From a virus (lineage: Duplodnaviria; Caudoviricetes), in the IMG/VR virus record IMGVR_UViG_3300030207_001021, positions 1 to 43,562 of that record: a stretch of DNA of 43,562 nt; one strand, written 5' to 3'. The notes under the pieces are model-generated. The model was not told the origin of the DNA. It did no database searches and worked only from the letters and a program-made list of their open reading frames with translations. Each line of letters starts with the position of its first letter. Positions within the stretch are counted from its first letter, which is position 1. This document shows positions 10,201-19,524 of the stretch, one piece after another. Both the position numbers and the translations under genes were made by a program.

Positions 10201-13200
10201 CCAGTTATACCAAAATCTGTATCTACTAAAACATCAGGAGAGTCAATAGTATACACATTGCATTTACCATCATCAAATCTAGCTTTATTGTTTTGACCCA
10301 CTTCTGTCCACAAAGGAAACGTAGTGTTTCCATATCTATTTAAAAGACCATGGTCTCCCACTTCAGCATGGTCAGAATATTTTATAGCCCTTCTTAATAT
10401 ACCTGAAGTAAGTATAGTTCTATTTTGCATGTCTCTTGGCACCCTAACTATAGCATATCCTGCTATTTTAGATACTGTTTTTTTAGTTAACTTTACTTCA
10501 AAGTATGGATGTAGTATACATCCCTTTAATCTACCGTCTTGATTGTCATAAGGCTTACTACTAAAATTATGCTCAAAGCCTTGGTCTTTTGGGTCTCTTG
10601 CTGTTTGAAAAAAATATGGCCACTCATGATTAAATCCTTGTATTTGTCCATTTGCCCCATAATAAGGCACAAGATGTTCAGTGCTATGCTCAGGCATTCT
10701 TATATCTCCTATTCTTTTTACAAACATAGGTGAGCCATTTTTATCATAAAAAACTATACCAAACCTATATATCTCACCTCTTCTATAACCAACATAATTA
10801 GAGTTATACACAGGGTTAGCGTATGTATCATAAAAATTATTGATTCCTGCAGAAACAGAATAATATTGACCTTGTGCAAAATATTGAGTAACCGCTTGCG
10901 TTTCTATTAATTTAGCATTGTTATCTATTTCTAAAGGTTTTGCTAGAACGTTAGGGTGTACCTGTGGTGTTTGGTTATTTAAAACTCTAAACGTTACTCT
11001 TACACCTTCGTATTCTCCTGCACTTTCAGAATCTTCAGGTAAAGGTGTATTAAAATATTTACTTTCTGCTCCAAATATACCCCTTCTTACATTGTTTCCA
11101 GGCTGCATTCCTTTTACAGTTCCTGTATAAAGAGCAGTAAGTGGGTCTGGGGTGTCGCCTACCATTTTTTGTACATACCTGTAATAGTCACCTACATCTA
11201 TTCCATCTTTTATATTTCCCTGTTTAGTGTAAGCTCCATCAGCATTATTGGCTGGGTTGCATAAAATATTTTGTTCGTCAGTAAATTTTATACCACCCAT
11301 AGAATACAACATGTCGTGATATAAATCTGGGTTTCTTACAGAATCGTGTGGTTGATTACTACTGTTGTATGAACGTACTGTAAAGTCTGTATCTATGTCA
11401 CCAAAACTAGTTCTTAAATTACCACAAAACAATCTATTATCTTTAGTTTGCATTGCTTGACAAATGTCCCAAGAAATTTGATTGTTATTATATTCAGGTG
11501 TAGTTATTTCTTCTATAGGTGCCTCCGCTCCTGTGTGTATCCAAAATAAATCATTTGCTTCATTATTAGTTTTTGGTATTTCATATTCTGAAAATACTAC
11601 AGAGGGGCCCGCAGGAGAGCCGTCCATATATGGAGTGTATATCATTTGTATATGAGAGTACCTATTATCTAAACCTACTAATACGCCTTCTATAGATTTA
11701 TTTGTAGTTCCCTCTACACCACTCTCTCTTCCTTGTTGAGCAGGAGATACTATATTTTTATTTGTAACAGGAACAGAAGCAGGGTTGCTAGGTGGTGATA
11801 TTCTTGACACTCTACCGTCAACAGTTTTATATCTATAAGAATATGCATAGGCTATAGAGTCTAAAGAACCACCTTCTCTAAAACCAGTTACATGCACTGG
11901 TGCAAATACAGAAGGACTAAATAAATTAAAGTATTCTGTCATTCCTGCATATGGAGTATATATAATAGGGTTTAATCCTACATTAAGAGTTTTTAATGGA
12001 AACGTCCCATCAGTAAAATATATTCTTCTTAACTCTTCGCTTTCTTCAGAACCTTCTACTTTTAATTTTTTTCTATTAGTAAATTGTAAATCTGCTATTA
12101 AATAAACAGAATATAAAGAAGATTGTAAATCTTCAAATGTTATAAAGTCTCCTGATATAGCATCTATTCCATTTGTGTTTAAGCTACCATTAGGTGATTG
12201 TTTTACTTTTACAACTACATCTTCTTTTATTACTAAATTTTCTAAAGCATTAGGGTCCTCTCCAGTTTGTACTAATTGTTGAGCTGTTAAAAATTGAACA
12301 ATACCTTGTAAAGGCCATTTTCCTAAAATAACTAGATAATCAGAAAAACTAAAAGTTCCTAAAATTTGTATAGAACCCTGAGAGGGTTGAAAATCATAGC
12401 CATATTCCTCTGCTAAAGAAGCGGCTTCTTGTTCTAACTCTCCTAAGTTTGTTAATTCTGTATCTACATTTAAAATTGTATTAGTAACAGCTATTTCTCC
12501 TACACCGCTATAATATTCAGAAATTTGCGCAGTAATAAAATTAACAAGCGCTTGAACTAATTGTGCTCCTCCAGGCCATCCTTGTGGAGTTTCAAATTCT
12601 GTGTTTACAAAGTTTTGTAATTGACCTGAAAAAAATACTACATCTGCTGCCCCTTCTGCTACTACTGTTATATTAGTAATATAATTTTCATTAGATGGGT
12701 CTGTATTAAAAAAAGTCCAGTTACAGTTATCACCCTCTACTCCTATATCTGTAACATTATGAACAACTGTTGCTACATAAGAATTGTCCATATTAGTTAT
12801 TGCATCAGCCACAACAGTATCTACATCAAATGCAACTCCAGAATATTGTGCTAACTCATAATCTTCTGATATGTTTAAATTATTAATTTCTATAGTAGTA
12901 CCAGTATTTTCTGTTAAAGTTATAGTTAGCGTAAGTGGATTATCTTCACTTGTGGGGTTGTATTCTGTAAAATTACCTTGAATTTGAATATCAGCAAATG
13001 GTTGAAATATAGGATACATAGGGTTAGGCGCACCACTTTCTAAAGTTGGACTTATATTAAAACCTTGCACTTCAAGAATATAACCTATGCTGCCTGTTTG
13101 GTAAGTAGATTGAAAATTAACATCTGCATCTTGAATGGCTGTCATCTCAACCCATTCATTTGTATAAGATAAAGCTGGAGCACCTGAAACATTACTAGCC

Positions 13201-13382
13201 TCAGAAACAAAATCTAAAGCTAACTTGTCACTAGGAAAAGGTTGTATGCTTACATTATCACCCTCATGACTAGTTATTCTTGCATTCTTTGCAAACCTGT
13301 AAGATTCTTTAGGCTGTAAAGCTTCTTCAGAATCTGCCTTCATGCCTTTAAAAAAAGTATTTGGTTTTCCTGGTTTAGCCAT
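7206..13382 (-). CDS. Tail muzzle / stabilization protein (P22 gp10-like, crAss-type)
   Basis: 2058 aa. NTFFKGM..D...SYRFAKNARI N-terminus, IYFTDG..PLK.LN, KDNRLFCGN, GYRRGEIYRFGIVFYDK.G, FGGDTYI motifs; lies downstream of the ring genes. Confidence 0.8.
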   Translation of the reverse strand: MAKPGKPNTFFKGMKADSEEALQPKESYRFAKNARITSHEGDNVSIQPFPSDKLALDFVSEASNVSGAPALSYTNEWVEMTAIQDADVNFQSTYQTGSIGYILEVQGFNISPTLESGAPNPMYPIFQPFADIQIQGNFTEYNPTSEDNPLTLTITLTENTGTTIEINNLNISEDYELAQYSGVAFDVDTVVADAITNMDNSYVATVVHNVTDIGVEGDNCNWTFFNTDPSNENYITNITVVAEGAADVVFFSGQLQNFVNTEFETPQGWPGGAQLVQALVNFITAQISEYYSGVGEIAVTNTILNVDTELTNLGELEQEAASLAEEYGYDFQPSQGSIQILGTFSFSDYLVILGKWPLQGIVQFLTAQQLVQTGEDPNALENLVIKEDVVVKVKQSPNGSLNTNGIDAISGDFITFEDLQSSLYSVYLIADLQFTNRKKLKVEGSEESEELRRIYFTDGTFPLKTLNVGLNPIIYTPYAGMTEYFNLFSPSVFAPVHVTGFREGGSLDSIAYAYSYRYKTVDGRVSRISPPSNPASVPVTNKNIVSPAQQGRESGVEGTTNKSIEGVLVGLDNRYSHIQMIYTPYMDGSPAGPSVVFSEYEIPKTNNEANDLFWIHTGAEAPIEEITTPEYNNNQISWDICQAMQTKDNRLFCGNLRTSFGDIDTDFTVRSYNSSNQPHDSVRNPDLYHDMLYSMGGIKFTDEQNILCNPANNADGAYTKQGNIKDGIDVGDYYRYVQKMVGDTPDPLTALYTGTVKGMQPGNNVRRGIFGAESKYFNTPLPEDSESAGEYEGVRVTFRVLNNQTPQVHPNVLAKPLEIDNNAKLIETQAVTQYFAQGQYYSVSAGINNFYDTYANPVYNSNYVGYRRGEIYRFGIVFYDKNGSPMFVKRIGDIRMPEHSTEHLVPYYGANGQIQGFNHEWPYFFQTARDPKDQGFEHNFSSKPYDNQDGRLKGCILHPYFEVKLTKKTVSKIAGYAIVRVPRDMQNRTILTSGILRRAIKYSDHAEVGDHGLLNRYGNTTFPLWTEVGQNNKARFDDGKCNVYTIDSPDVLVDTDFGITGGNNRIKIVESQFCQKQNVSLGGIKDKGMILTADLADGSRNPGPYDQVLGPSWNEFVMTGHSVNVFASLIHRERLQGGESINFADGDLDADIGGWNVLFPNQVGAPNDNHTPTRDMCEGEGSPFASINSLVEENNFWQSPNNYMMADVTLGYQTKYYPKRVSCYPQYGMMSSQDLGLLNGLGYPSSSIPYNGEVSQPAAYVPFKNLGRLDDPATSDNRPKDALPQTNINQFIATDITFQKVVVPNEEVSNVDLGSNFNYRNAHFHVNLWGVSDGLFNAQQKFFDNTWDMYPNGLYGVSSVQESAPYAYNNKTIVVSIDNARSGMMPLVRQNLDNGNQVESFDRKMGWSTNVGAVDGGAIPQVTGVNQAGAGHWAPEVTVASIHKLHSYDTLYGGDTLGDFSRNNFQLTGHFTPIYQANTGQSFQKVGLNGSAVFGGDTYIGYHSYKKSWNPTITEEKCVFYGSHIPIECEYNLELRHGFYYGTHNNNIPRYRADDTNYNKDYDSENNALSLVPKPLDWKGAEHWPSTVAFSEVKNTGEISDSFAIFPPNQFRDLDYNKGPITQMFDLNDKLFALQNSGTCLLSVNPRVLIPTQDGASIQAVTGTGNVIERHDYISNFGSQHFHGLAVSDQAAYYYDDNHSKFIKLGRGKKGGFGAMSLGETALMQSYFNEYKNKTINDNPLTILTADLSPTANYNDYLSSWYTTQYQQSAAGAAVTIGFGVYDELSPAQQNVIDLAMKPGGISIGYDPENAEILLTMQAAGEPPKTIVYNENLDAFTTFLSKTPGLYFNHKARMYSVHDIRSEISESSANATNDRVFLANGQDGTQNKYLTFSGIDYYIWQFVDEQEEFKEPFEVEFAFNDIPIQSKIYDKIQLSMNSDTEAGYRYNYFRKFAFKGGANIDTITQFDDGSEEYANTDNIADGQIRTWYTVKDGFHFVPMRELDGPNGPQGKVRGNYATARLTMGWSQDNTHPSGAEVNIKNEKFNIFSVVPFYRPSRI

Positions 13383-14038
13383 TATACATTAAGTAATCCA
13401 TTAGTTGTTCTTATAGGAATCAATGTGTTCCATATTTGCGCTGCTTTTTTCATTTCTATAGGAGATGGCATATTGTCATTACCTCTTGCTTGTGCACATA
13501 ATCTAGACCAATTTCTTTCTAAGTCTATATATATAGCTCTAGGCAACTTACCATTCCAATAATCTCTTGCTTTGTATTTATACATTATATATGCCGACAC
13601 CGCATCTTCATGACTATCTGCTATTGTAGGAAACCCTTCGCTATCTGTGTCTACAGCATAATAAGCTATATCTACAGTGCTTATATCACTAGTAGATAAA
13701 TTAATTGTACTTTCAGTAAGATAAAATGTATTTTGTTTATCTATGTTTTCAGGAAATGTAGCAGAGCTTTGAGATAAATAGTCGGTGTTTGCACTACCTC
13801 CTTTTTTCATATCTATCAAACTTAAATAATCATCAGGCAAAGTAGCTTGTTTGTTTTCTACATCTAATGTAGCAGTTTTTTTTACAAATGTTTTGTAGCT
13901 ACCTATTTTTTTTTCGGCTTCAAAAGCCCATTCTACAAAATTGTAAAAGTTTCTAGCCGCATCAGGAACTTCCATATTCCTTATAACATTAGCTACAACT
14001 CTTTTAACACTAACACGTTTTCCAGCTTGACTATTCAT
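13382..14038 (-). CDS. Tail ring / tubular protein
   Basis: VSVKRV, EWAFEA..KIG, ATLPDD, YYA..TD.EGFP.I.D motifs; directly upstream of the muzzle gene. Confidence 0.7.
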   Translation of the reverse strand: MNSQAGKRVSVKRVVANVIRNMEVPDAARNFYNFVEWAFEAEKKIGSYKTFVKKTATLDVENKQATLPDDYLSLIDMKKGGSANTDYLSQSSATFPENIDKQNTFYLTESTINLSTSDISTVDIAYYAVDTDSEGFPTIADSHEDAVSAYIMYKYKARDYWNGKLPRAIYIDLERNWSRLCAQARGNDNMPSPIEMKKAAQIWNTLIPIRTTNGLLNV

Positions 14039-14039
14039 A

Positions 14040-14465
14040 TTAATATTCGTTTACTTCTTTTATTACTTTTTTAAACCTAGATAAAGGTAATACCTTACAT
14101 TGTTTAAACCTAGAAGGTCTTAACCATACAAGTTTATTGTAATAGTCATTTAATATAGGAACTTTGTATTTAACTAACTCTCCAGTTCTTTCGCTTTCTA
14201 CTATGTCAAGCCTTATATGAAATGCTCTTTTATTTTTGCATTTCTTTACATAAACAGTTCCAAACCTATTAGGCAGCCTAGCTTTATCTCTATTCTTAGC
14301 TACATCCTCTATCAAAGTGTCAAAAAAACTACTGACAATAGCTCTATACTCTGTATAAGATAATTGTCTATCTTTTGTAGTCCCTTTGATTTTTATGTCC
14401 CTCCTTATGTTTTCAAACACGTCTTTTAACAAAACGTATTTATCTTTGTATTTTCTTATCTCCAT
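14040..14465 (-). CDS. IHF/HU-like protein of the crAss tail module
   Basis: Likely start MEIRKYKD at 14465, which avoids overlap with the upstream gene. Basic; RLPNRFGTVYVKK resembles the IHF/HU beta arm; located among ring genes as in crAss-like phages. Confidence 0.6.
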   Translation of the reverse strand: MEIRKYKDKYVLLKDVFENIRRDIKIKGTTKDRQLSYTEYRAIVSSFFDTLIEDVAKNRDKARLPNRFGTVYVKKCKNKRAFHIRLDIVESERTGELVKYKVPILNDYYNKLVWLRPSRFKQCKVLPLSRFKKVIKEVNEY

Positions 14466-14466
14466 A

Positions 14467-15180
14467 TTACCTTGTTCTTGCTCTTCTAGACCTAGCATTA
14501 GCTGAAGGCTTTGCTGTAGTCTTTTGTGCTATGTTTGAAGCTAACGCACCTCTAATATTATCATCTAGTGAATTGTTAGTTACATCTTTTCCTACTGTTA
14601 ACATAACATTAAACTCTTTTGATAATACTGTTTCTACCAATGTAGCTACTAACTCATCAGGTATAGGATATCCCATTTTACCATCTTCAGGTTTAGAAGC
14701 TATATATTTAATAGTAATAATAGCATTAGCATCTTCATACTCAGTTATACCTTCGTTAAAGAAGAAATTAATTCTACTTTGGCTTCCGTCTATAACTCCA
14801 TATATTTGATTGTCTACTGGTGAAAATCTAGATTGTAAATGAAACTGAGCGTCTTCTTCTGTAAACACAGGTACAATGGTAGCATCACTTAAATTAGCAC
14901 CACCTGATATTCCTTCTAACATTACACTTATCAAAGCTCTGTTATTAGGAAAACCTATCATTTCTGGTAAATCTATATATCCATCTGTAATAGCATCTCT
15001 TTTGTAAGAATATAATTTTTCTGACAAATACCTACCAGAGTCAGTATATTTAGATAATAACTGAGCTCTATGATAATGTATCATGGCTTTTATTTGCCTA
15101 AGAGATATATTAGAATCAGTACTGTGAACACCACCTTCAACTATGTTTTTTATATTAAATGCTATTTCGTTTAATGTCAT
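14467..15180 (-). CDS. Tail ring/adaptor protein
   Basis: MTLNEIAFNI...SLRQIK..I.YHRAQL N-terminus and YPIP.EL motif; position in tail module. Confidence 0.65.
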   Translation of the reverse strand: MTLNEIAFNIKNIVEGGVHSTDSNISLRQIKAMIHYHRAQLLSKYTDSGRYLSEKLYSYKRDAITDGYIDLPEMIGFPNNRALISVMLEGISGGANLSDATIVPVFTEEDAQFHLQSRFSPVDNQIYGVIDGSQSRINFFFNEGITEYEDANAIITIKYIASKPEDGKMGYPIPDELVATLVETVLSKEFNVMLTVGKDVTNNSLDDNIRGALASNIAQKTTAKPSANARSRRARTR

Positions 15181-15194
15181 ATTTTATATTTTAC

Positions 15195-15242
15195 TGCTAT
15201 AGATAAGGGGCAGGGCTAACACTAACCCCTTATCACAAAGCA
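15195..15242 (-). other. Intergenic stem-loop (mRNA processing or stabilising)
   Basis: GATAAGGGG (15201-15209) / CCCCTTATC (15225-15233), extendable by CTGCT/AGCAG; no U-tail. Confidence 0.5.
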
Positions 15243-15251
15243 GGGAGCAAA

Positions 15252-15989
15252 TTATTTTTTAAGCTGATTTATTTCTGCATCCCCTACAGGATACCTTTCA
15301 TCAGCTATTGTTCCAAGTATTTTTCTTGCAGCAATTTGGCAAACCTCTTCTCTAGAGTGTTGCGGTAATCTAACTATATTAGTATTCTCATTGTCATTAT
15401 TATCTGCAACATAGTCAAAATGAAATTTATAATCTACAATTATATTAGAAGTTTCACTTTCACCTTCCACTTCTTGTTCCAAATTAGGCAATATATAATA
15501 TATATGACCAATTTTTACAGCCCTATAACTACCTTGCTCAGGTTTGTTAAATGGGTCATCTAATACAGATTGTGCATCATCTAAACTAATAACTTTACAA
15601 TTATCATAAGAAGATGTATATGTATCTAGTACTATTTCTCCTTCCTCATCATAAACAGCGTTTAACTGTTCTATCTTTATACCTAATAAATAACCAAAAC
15701 TTACATCTATGTTATTTTCAAAATTAGATACATCAATACCAACATTACTCCAATGACTAGAATTGTTAGCGGCTTCAAAACTAACCTCTTTAGTTTTAAC
15801 ATAATCACCTAAGTCATCTCTTATCTCTTGTGTTGCACCAAATATATTTACCTTCTCTCTAACAAACTCATTAGTAGCCATAGAAATAAAATCTCTTATT
15901 TCAGAGTTTGACATCCATGGAGAGTTACCTCTATCAAGAATGGTTCTTACTCTATTTATAGCATCGTTAATGTTTGTAATGTTTGCCAT
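15252..15989 (-). CDS. Tail ring/adaptor protein
   Basis: LDR..SPW....EI..FI..A..EFV, DDPFNKP and LPQH..EEVCQIA motifs of crAss-like ring proteins. Confidence 0.65.
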   Translation of the reverse strand: MANITNINDAINRVRTILDRGNSPWMSNSEIRDFISMATNEFVREKVNIFGATQEIRDDLGDYVKTKEVSFEAANNSSHWSNVGIDVSNFENNIDVSFGYLLGIKIEQLNAVYDEEGEIVLDTYTSSYDNCKVISLDDAQSVLDDPFNKPEQGSYRAVKIGHIYYILPNLEQEVEGESETSNIIVDYKFHFDYVADNNDNENTNIVRLPQHSREEVCQIAARKILGTIADERYPVGDAEINQLKK

Positions 15990-15995
15990 TTATTA

Positions 15996-16709
15996 CTACT
16001 TTTTCTTACTTGTTTTTTTTGTTGTAGCTTCCTCCTTTTGCTCAACTAAATCCATTTCTACTTTACCATTACCTCTCATTTGAGATTTTAATAAAGCAAA
16101 GATGTCTTTATTATCTTTCAACCACTTTATAACTTGGTCTTCAGAAATACCTACAACTTGAGAACCATATTTAAATGTGTCTTTTTCCCATCTAATTATT
16201 CCGTTCTCTTGAGCTTCCATAACAAACAATCTATAGTGTCTGTCATCATCAAACCATAATGCCATAAAGTTTTCTGGCTGCTCAGCTGCTATCTTTAAAA
16301 CATGTGCTTTTAAGATATCATCTCTAGAATCTAAGTTTAATCCTAGTAATCTAGATAAATCTCTTACTTCTTTCATATTTAACTTTGCAGCTTCCATTAC
16401 AGCATTTGCAGAAGTCATAATAGCACTAGCTTCTTGCTCTTGTCTTATAATTGCATCATCTCTTAACCAAGAACCATTTAAAATTAAAGGATGATTAATT
16501 AAAAAATCATCAACTAATTTGTGGTGTTCTAAATTAATATCCAACCTTATTACAGGTGAAGTATTAGGGAAACCTCTATGTGCAACACCATTTATATCTG
16601 TATAAGTGTGTTGCTTTCCAGTTTTGTCTTTATAGTTTCCAAAGAAGACATAACTCATTTTTGTAGGGCTTTTACTTCTGTAAAATACCATGTGTTCAGT
16701 TTTGCTCAT
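15996..16709 (-). CDS. Conserved crAss-like structural-module protein
   Basis: 237 aa with C-terminal A...GII......FKYG...G......I.WL pattern; downstream of capsid genes. Confidence 0.55.
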   Translation of the reverse strand: MSKTEHMVFYRSKSPTKMSYVFFGNYKDKTGKQHTYTDINGVAHRGFPNTSPVIRLDINLEHHKLVDDFLINHPLILNGSWLRDDAIIRQEQEASAIMTSANAVMEAAKLNMKEVRDLSRLLGLNLDSRDDILKAHVLKIAAEQPENFMALWFDDDRHYRLFVMEAQENGIIRWEKDTFKYGSQVVGISEDQVIKWLKDNKDIFALLKSQMRGNGKVEMDLVEQKEEATTKKTSKKK

Positions 16710-16712
16710 AAT

Positions 16713-16865
16713 TTATTTTTTTAGTTTTTGTCCATTCTTGTGTGTCCATTTCAAGCCTGGCCTGCCTTTTTTAATTAATAAACCACTACCCTCTTTACGA
16801 GTGGACACGGAGTGTTTTTCTACTTTCCCTGTATCGGGATTAATTTTTAATATATACCTGCTCAT
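16713..16865 (-). CDS. Small basic protein (50 aa), not in ORF track
   Basis: MSRYILKINPDTGKVEKHSVSTRKEGSGLLIKKGRPGLKWTHKNGQKLKK*; fills the gap and stops 3 nt before the next ATG. Confidence 0.55.
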   Translation of the reverse strand: MSRYILKINPDTGKVEKHSVSTRKEGSGLLIKKGRPGLKWTHKNGQKLKK

Positions 16866-16880
16866 AATAATAATAATAAC

Positions 16881-16902
16881 TACCCCCTCCGAAGAGGGGA
16901 TA
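16881..16902 (-). terminator. cUUCGg hairpin, probable terminator/attenuator after capsid-associated genes
   Basis: Minus strand reads TCCCCTC-TTCG-GAGGGGG followed by TAGTTATTATT. Confidence 0.6.
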
Positions 16903-16917
16903 GATATATAAATTAAT

Positions 16918-17448
16918 CTACGTTGTTAATAACGCAGCACCTGTTGAATCAGCATCGTCAGTTATAATTATTCCTGAAATAAACCATACGTTTTGAGCGA
17001 TTAACATACATCTTAAGTATGAACCAGCATCTCCACCCGCATTAGCTAAATTACCATCTAATACAATTCTATTGTCATTAGAGGCAGGAACAACAACTCT
17101 ACCATTAGCACCTGAACTAGTATCACTAGCTTGCGCTGCAACTAAAGTTAAACTTCCAATGAAATCATCTCCAGAATCTTCAGCATCAAAACAAACTATA
17201 GTGTAAGCATTATCATTTGAAGTTTTTACATAAAAATCATAATACACACCTACAGGAGATTTTGTTGTATCTGGTAAAGTAATTGTCATAGCACTTGTAG
17301 AGTCTAAAACAAATGTTTTACCTGAATCCATATCTTCTAAAGATTTTGTTGCTGCAGTTAAAGTTTCAACTTCGCTTATTTGGCCGTTGACAAACCTTAG
17401 CACGTCATCTGAATCAGCTGAACGTACTACTTTAAATACATCTTTCAT
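16918..17448 (-). CDS. Putative capsid decoration/head fibre protein
   Basis: L...DSGKTFVL......ITLP.....G..Y.F and GS......IA...W motifs of beta-rich phage virion proteins; follows the MCP. Confidence 0.55.
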   Translation of the reverse strand: MKDVFKVVRSADSDDVLRFVNGQISEVETLTAATKSLEDMDSGKTFVLDSTSAMTITLPDTTKSPVGVYYDFYVKTSNDNAYTIVCFDAEDSGDDFIGSLTLVAAQASDTSSGANGRVVVPASNDNRIVLDGNLANAGGDAGSYLRCMLIAQNVWFISGIIITDDADSTGAALLTT

Positions 17449-17469
17449 TTTTTATTTATTTTAAAAGTT

Positions 17470-17523
17470 AAACACTTAATTATTTCTTAAACGAAAGGGG
17501 AGTTAAGTGTTTCTCCCCAATCG
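17470..17523 (-). promoter_or_regulatory. H-type pseudoknot in the leader of gene 16918..17448
   Basis: mRNA reads GGGGAG-AAACACUUAA-CUCCCC; the 10-nt loop is perfectly complementary to downstream UUAAGUGUUU (17479-17470). Confidence 0.55.
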
Positions 17524-17537
17524 TTAATTTTTATCTA

Positions 17538-17945
17538 TTAAGATAATGCAGCAGCAACAGCGATTGCACCACAAGAAGTAATACTACCATGTATATATCT
17601 TGCAACACTACCCGTTGTAGCATCATCTACAATGTCATCAGCAATTGTTACCATACTAACTCTACTAGTTTTAACAGCAGAAGTAATAGCTTTCATAACC
17701 TCAAATTGACTATTTGCAGCAACATTTAAAATAACACTGTCACTATTAACCACATTACCATCTTGCGCATCGCTTTGGTTTCTAATTACTGGTTCAAAGT
17801 GTAATTTTAAAGTAGAATCACCTGTTGTTTCCATAGCTATTAATCTATCTGCATCAATACAAAGGTCTTCAGTTGTTGCATCAACATCTGCTACAGCAGA
17901 GCCAGTACCTGAGTCACCTGACCTGAAATATAAATATTTTTTCAT
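17538..17945 (-). CDS. Putative auxiliary capsid protein (member of a 5-paralog family)
   Basis: Immediately downstream of the MCP; motif pattern shared with four genes at 26685-28919. Confidence 0.55.
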   Translation of the reverse strand: MKKYLYFRSGDSGTGSAVADVDATTEDLCIDADRLIAMETTGDSTLKLHFEPVIRNQSDAQDGNVVNSDSVILNVAANSQFEVMKAITSAVKTSRVSMVTIADDIVDDATTGSVARYIHGSITSCGAIAVAAALS

Positions 17946-17967
17946 TTTTATAATTTTTAAAAGTTAA

Positions 17968-18007
17968 GATGGGAGAGGGGATAAAACAGATTACCCCCTG
18001 TGCCATC
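17968..18007 (-). other. Stem-loop after the MCP stop codon
   Basis: Minus strand GATGG..AGGGGGTAA / TTATCCCCT..CCATC; no U-tail, so probably stabilises MCP mRNA. Confidence 0.5.
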
Positions 18008-18015
18008 AATTAAAT

Positions 18016-19452
18016 TTATGAATTAGATAATATACCACAAGATAATGGGTTTCTTAAGATAATACCAGATTCAGAAAGAATTTGACATTCAAAGAAATCA
18101 TCACCATTAGCAGCCATCATCGAATTGTAATCGTAAGGGTTAACCATACCAGGTACATATTTTTTAACAAAACTTCTGTTAAAACCTTCAGCACCTTTAG
18201 CAATTAACTCAACATTAGAAACACCATTCTGCATTCCCATGTCTACAAATACCATCTTACCTGATTCGTTAGAAGAATCAAAAGTAGAAGAAATAGAATT
18301 ATGTAAGTTAGGGTCATCAAATACTGGACAGTATGCAAGAATCATTTTGTTTCCTAATACGTTGTACTCGCTAAAGTTAGCACCTAGTGCAACATCACCA
18401 CCGCCTTTACCAGCAAATACAGGTGTTCCAGAACCTAAAGTAACTAATAAGTCTTTCATAGCTCTGTGGAAGTCAATTCTTCCTTGTGTTCCTGTAAATA
18501 CAGTAAATACATTACCTTCTGCGTTAAGAGCATTTTTAGATAAAGTTCCGATAAAGTTAACAATATCTTCTTCTGTTAATGCACCAGCTGTATAAGTAGC
18601 TTGGTTAGAAGAATCAATTTGTGCTAATAGACCGTCACCCATCATTGGTAATCCTGCAGTAAATGCACTGTTAGCTCCAGCAATACCAGAGTCTCCAGGG
18701 AAGTCAGCTGCGTTAGCTGCTGTTCCAATAGATTTTTTACCGTACCATCTTTGACATTCTAGTTCATACATAAACTGGTCAGTCATTTGTTGCTCTTTAG
18801 TAAAGTACCATAATCTGTGTCCGTTAGATTCAATCCAAGTAACGTCAGTTAAATCAGTTCCCATAATTTTAGTTTTCTTACGAGATAAAGTTAACCAGTT
18901 CTTGTATGTATCTGGGTAAGCATAGTTTTGTCCTACCTCAGACGCTAATGAACCTTGATTAAATGCATTACCAATAACACCAATTACATCACCTACTGCT
19001 AAAGAAACAGATAAAGCGTCAATAGCTCTTACGGTAATAGTATTAGTAGCATCAGAAGATGTTACTGTAGGAACATTTGTTACTATTGCAGTAGTTCCAT
19101 CAGAAAATCTTACTACATCATTAACATTTAAATTATCACCGTGTATTCCACTAGATGGGTCATGGTCAATAACAAATGTTTCTAATGCACCTGCAGCTGC
19201 AGATAATGTTTCAGCTGAATCACAGATAGCTGGCTTTCTGTATCGGCCCATCATTTTCCATTCAAATGAATAATCGCCAATAATTTTTTCTGCAGCATTT
19301 CTACCTGCAGCTTCTAACAAATATGTTAAAGAGAATCGTGGATATTGTTGGATAAGTTTTTTACCTATCTCTGGGTATTTTAGTAAGTTGGTCACTAACG
19401 CCGATTCATCAGTTGTGTCCTTTCCATACGTACCCGAATAAACTTTTGCCAT
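18016..19452 (-). CDS. Major capsid protein (crAss-like)
   Basis: 478 aa; FEWKMMG, MGDGLLAQI, VFTG.QG...F, P.FDDP and SE.GI.LRNP..CG motifs; order portal-scaffold-MCP. Confidence 0.9.
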   Translation of the reverse strand: MAKVYSGTYGKDTTDESALVTNLLKYPEIGKKLIQQYPRFSLTYLLEAAGRNAAEKIIGDYSFEWKMMGRYRKPAICDSAETLSAAAGALETFVIDHDPSSGIHGDNLNVNDVVRFSDGTTAIVTNVPTVTSSDATNTITVRAIDALSVSLAVGDVIGVIGNAFNQGSLASEVGQNYAYPDTYKNWLTLSRKKTKIMGTDLTDVTWIESNGHRLWYFTKEQQMTDQFMYELECQRWYGKKSIGTAANAADFPGDSGIAGANSAFTAGLPMMGDGLLAQIDSSNQATYTAGALTEEDIVNFIGTLSKNALNAEGNVFTVFTGTQGRIDFHRAMKDLLVTLGSGTPVFAGKGGGDVALGANFSEYNVLGNKMILAYCPVFDDPNLHNSISSTFDSSNESGKMVFVDMGMQNGVSNVELIAKGAEGFNRSFVKKYVPGMVNPYDYNSMMAANGDDFFECQILSESGIILRNPLSCGILSNS

Positions 19453-19524
19453 TTTTTTAAAGTTTTAATTGTTATACAAAAAATTAATTTTGCAACAAAT
19501 AAAATAGCTTCGCCTTTTTATTCA

